A stretch of 64,000 nucleotides of DNA, from assembly GCA_002269645.1 (NCBI GenBank), contig NIVC01000464.1, forward strand, positions 62,001-126,000, read 5' to 3'. The notes beneath the pieces were generated by a model. That model made no database searches and was not told where the DNA came from. It was given only the letters and a program-made list of their open reading frames with translations. Positions within the stretch are counted from its first letter, which is position 1, and each line of letters begins with the position of its first letter. Of the stretch, positions 61,304 to 64,000 are shown piece after piece. The position numbers were made by a program, and so were the translations under genes. Source of the stretch: Macrostomum lignano (lineage: Eukaryota).

Positions 61304-62170
61304 CGTCATCGATGACGTCATTGATTAATGGGTCGATATTGTACGGCCAGTTCTATGCTAACAAATCATATGGATCGATGATTCCCTTTTTTTAAACGGA
61401 TTTGTGGCTTATCGTCAAATAAACCATAGGAGCATGTTCTGCTACATAGACCTGCAAAATTGTGCTTAAAAATCAATTATTCAAAATTTAATAAATTAAT
61501 ACATTTCTTGTGTATGAGAAGACTGTTTGTCGTATATACACTCAGCAACATGTTAAAGTTTTCACCCGAAACTAACATTTCTCCGATTTCAGGTCCAAGT
61601 GACGAAATTCGTGACGGGTGATCAGCTTTAATATGTTGCTGAGTGTATATAGATGCAAGTATTAATTCAATGTGTTTTTTATTTAGACATATCAGCGCAT
61701 ATATATAGACACATCCAATACCAGAAAAAGCAGAATTTAATAATAGACAAAATACAAACCAAGATGTCTACAGAGCAAACTTTGATCTACTAATATCAAC
61801 AAGTTCAACTGCTCCCTAAACAGTGTAATAAATTAGTTTTTTACCGTAGATGTTTTACATGTAGAACGAGAGGCTGAAAGAGCCATTAAGACAAATAAGC
61901 AATTAAGCAACGATAGCATAATAATATTGTCGAACCGAAAAGGAAAGCCGAAAACCATTAAACAGCCCGAACACCATCCGCTTATTCACAAAGTGCCGCG
62001 AAATTAAAACTCGAAAGGAACAGCAATCACCGCAATAAAGGTTCAATAGCAAAAAGTTTGATTATTGATTTTTTATAACGCATTGCTACATTTTAGCTAC
62101 TTATATTCAGTAGTATATAAAGCTTACTTTTTCAAACAGGGGCTACTGATTCTACTCCCAATGTTTCATA

Positions 62171-62392
62171 GGGGGTTGTAGCATAGTGTGGTTAGAGTAT
62201 CGGGCTCAAGACTGAAAGGTCGGGGGTTCGATTCTCGACCTGACTCGGAAACAATTTTAACCAGCTTTAGCTGGGGTAATTGAGGGTCCTTAGACAGAAC
62301 AGCCGTAACGCAGCCTTCAAACGCAATAGCTGCGGCTGAGCTGTCGGTTGCACATCTGGCCCAATTAGGGCAGGTGCAATCAATTATTATTA
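62171..62392 (+). mobile_element. tRNA-derived SINE, copy 3 (CORE segment missing)
   Basis: Head gggggttgtagcatagtgtggttagag...gggttcgattc and tail gctgcggctgagctgtcggttgcacatctggccc...aatcaattattatt, shared with copy 1. Confidence 0.8.
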
Positions 62393-62621
62393 GCTCATAT
62401 TCATTATTTTTCAACAGTTTCGGTAGTTATAGTTAAAAGCATAATAATAACCATTTTTACCATTAGGTTACTTAGCATCAGCTACTAAGTCAGTAGTATA
62501 GTAAGTATTGCAGTATAGAACGGATATTTCCGCCTCATTACAATCTAAATTAATTGGTGAGCGACTAAAAAAATTCCAACAGAAAGCAGATAAAATCAGA
62601 TTTCAATCCGAGCCTCAGAAC

Positions 62622-63293
62622 TCAGACCAACAGACGGACGTGCAGCGACTGCAGCTTCTCCGGGGCCAGGGCGACTCGAACGACGCCTTCGCCGCTGTCG
62701 GCCTGGCCGCAGCGTAGCCGGCCAACTAGTCGGCACTGCTCAAACGCCGGCCCAGGCGTCGGCCGACGTTCGCCAGCCAGCCGCGGCCGGGCCGGCACCG
62801 ACGAGGTCGACGCCACCTCGCCGGCCACCTGTCGGACGCGGGCGGCCAGAGCGGCTAGACGAATTCTTGACTCGGCCAGCTGGCGCTCCGGCGGCTCCTG
62901 GCGCGGATGTGTCAGCTGGACAACGCCGACTCCGCCATCTTCCAGCAGCTGGCGCTTCAACTCGCCGGCCAGGTCGCAGGATCGGCGCCACAGTTCGGGC
63001 ACGCCGGGAGCGGGTGACTCGGACGCCTGGCAGAGACCCGTGAGCGACTGGTCCAGGCCTGTCGGCTTTCTCGGCGGCGGCGCCAGCGGCTTCAGACGGG
63101 CCAGCTCGCGTCGGAGTCGCTCAGACCGGAGCCGGGCGTTCTCGCTGGTGGCGAACTGCAGAGCGGAGTTGGCCGCCTCCAGCTGGCGCTGCAGGTGTGA
63201 CGAGTCGCCGCCGCCGCCACCGCTGGATGCGCCTGCGCCAGCTGCTGCTGATGGCGCGGTGATTAATAGGAAGGGATTTAAATGGGAATTGCC

Positions 63294-63334
<41 letters not shown>

Positions 63335-63351
63335 ATGTCTGTCTGTCTGCC

Positions 63352-63410
<59 letters not shown>

Positions 63411-63415
63411 GTTAA

Positions 63416-63484
<69 letters not shown>

Positions 63485-63872
63485 TTCTGTCTGTCAGTCT
63501 GTGTCTAAGTCAGAGCATGCCCAAGCGATCAGCTAATCGTTTCCTAGCAACAAGGTCTCAGGGCCCAACACGCCCTGGAAACTCACCAGCCCCGGGCTGC
63601 TGTCCCGCCGCAGCTGGCACCCTGCTAGTGAGGCCTTCCAGCAAGTTCTTCTTGCTCAGCGATTTCAGCTTATCGCGCAGTTCGTGCCGCTCCGACTCAA
63701 GCGAGTCGATGTCGCTCTGCAACGCCTCCAGAGTCTGCTCAAACTCTGCTGTCTTCTTCTTTAACTGGGATTCGGTCTGTTCCAGAAGCACTTGCAGCCG
63801 GCCGCATCTGTCTTCGTACTCTTTCTTGGTTGTTTCAAGTCGCTTCTCCACCATCGCTAGCTTGGTTGTGGC
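62622..63872 (-). CDS. DCTN1: Dynactin subunit 1 (p150Glued), last two exons; the gene continues beyond the window
   Basis: Exon 63872-63587 ([15 protein letters not shown]...[32 protein letters not shown]) matches the recalled p150 CC2 ([31 protein letters not shown]). A phase-1 intron leads to exon 63247-62622, ending VGRLRC...[18 protein letters not shown] (cf. MGKVTF...RLVLTQEQLHQLHSRLIS*). Confidence 0.88.
63295..63500. repeat. (TCTG)n microsatellite in the DCTN1 intron
   Basis: Near-perfect tetranucleotide run. Confidence 0.97.
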
Positions 63873-64000
63873 CTGAGGGTTTTTTAAATGGAGATTTTCT
63901 TCATATTGAGGCTGAGATGCATGCCAAAAATACAAAATTGACAAATATACGAGTATACAACTGTGTATTGCTAATATAACATGTAGAACAGAGTAAAGTA

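Noticed and set aside
63040-63876. 278-aa plus-strand ORF
   Set aside because: Antisense of DCTN1 exons plus the (TCTG)n intron microsatellite.

Overview
Eukaryotic (metazoan) genomic DNA: GC-rich, GT-AG spliced exons set in AT-rich DNA packed with minisatellites and rolling-circle-like elements. The style (poly-Q exons, minisatellite-filled introns, TTAGGG-type tracts) suggests a free-living flatworm such as Macrostomum; that is an inference, not proven. Eight protein-coding genes were reconstructed by hand from splice sites and reading phase: a p120/delta-catenin-family armadillo protein ending in DSWV; a secreted PAN/apple + GH16 beta-1,3-glucanase; a SpoU/TrmH (MRM3-like) RNA methyltransferase; a METTL23-like methyltransferase; two intronless secreted triple-PAN/apple proteins; a two-domain cyclic-nucleotide-binding (CNBD) protein; and the 3' end of dynactin p150 (DCTN1). 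Mobile DNA comprises two head-to-tail arrays of non-autonomous Helitron-like elements (1-9227 on the minus strand, 40483-52320 on the plus strand), a hAT MITE with an 8-bp TSD, a defective Tc1/IS630 element, a foldback MITE and three tRNA-derived CORE-type SINE copies. Top leads: (i) a cluster of secreted apple-domain proteins in which the same 8-Cys apple module is fused to an intact glucanase and also occurs in enzyme-free triple-apple proteins; (ii) the two triple-apple paralogs match at 737 of 738 nt over the mature region but have different signal peptides, promoters and 3' flanks; (iii) Helitron concatemers that carry interchangeable satellite arrays, telomere-type repeats and a tRNA-like Pol III cassette. 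Most long ORFs in the supplied track are artefacts of stop-free repeats. Family assignments come from recalled motifs, not database searches.
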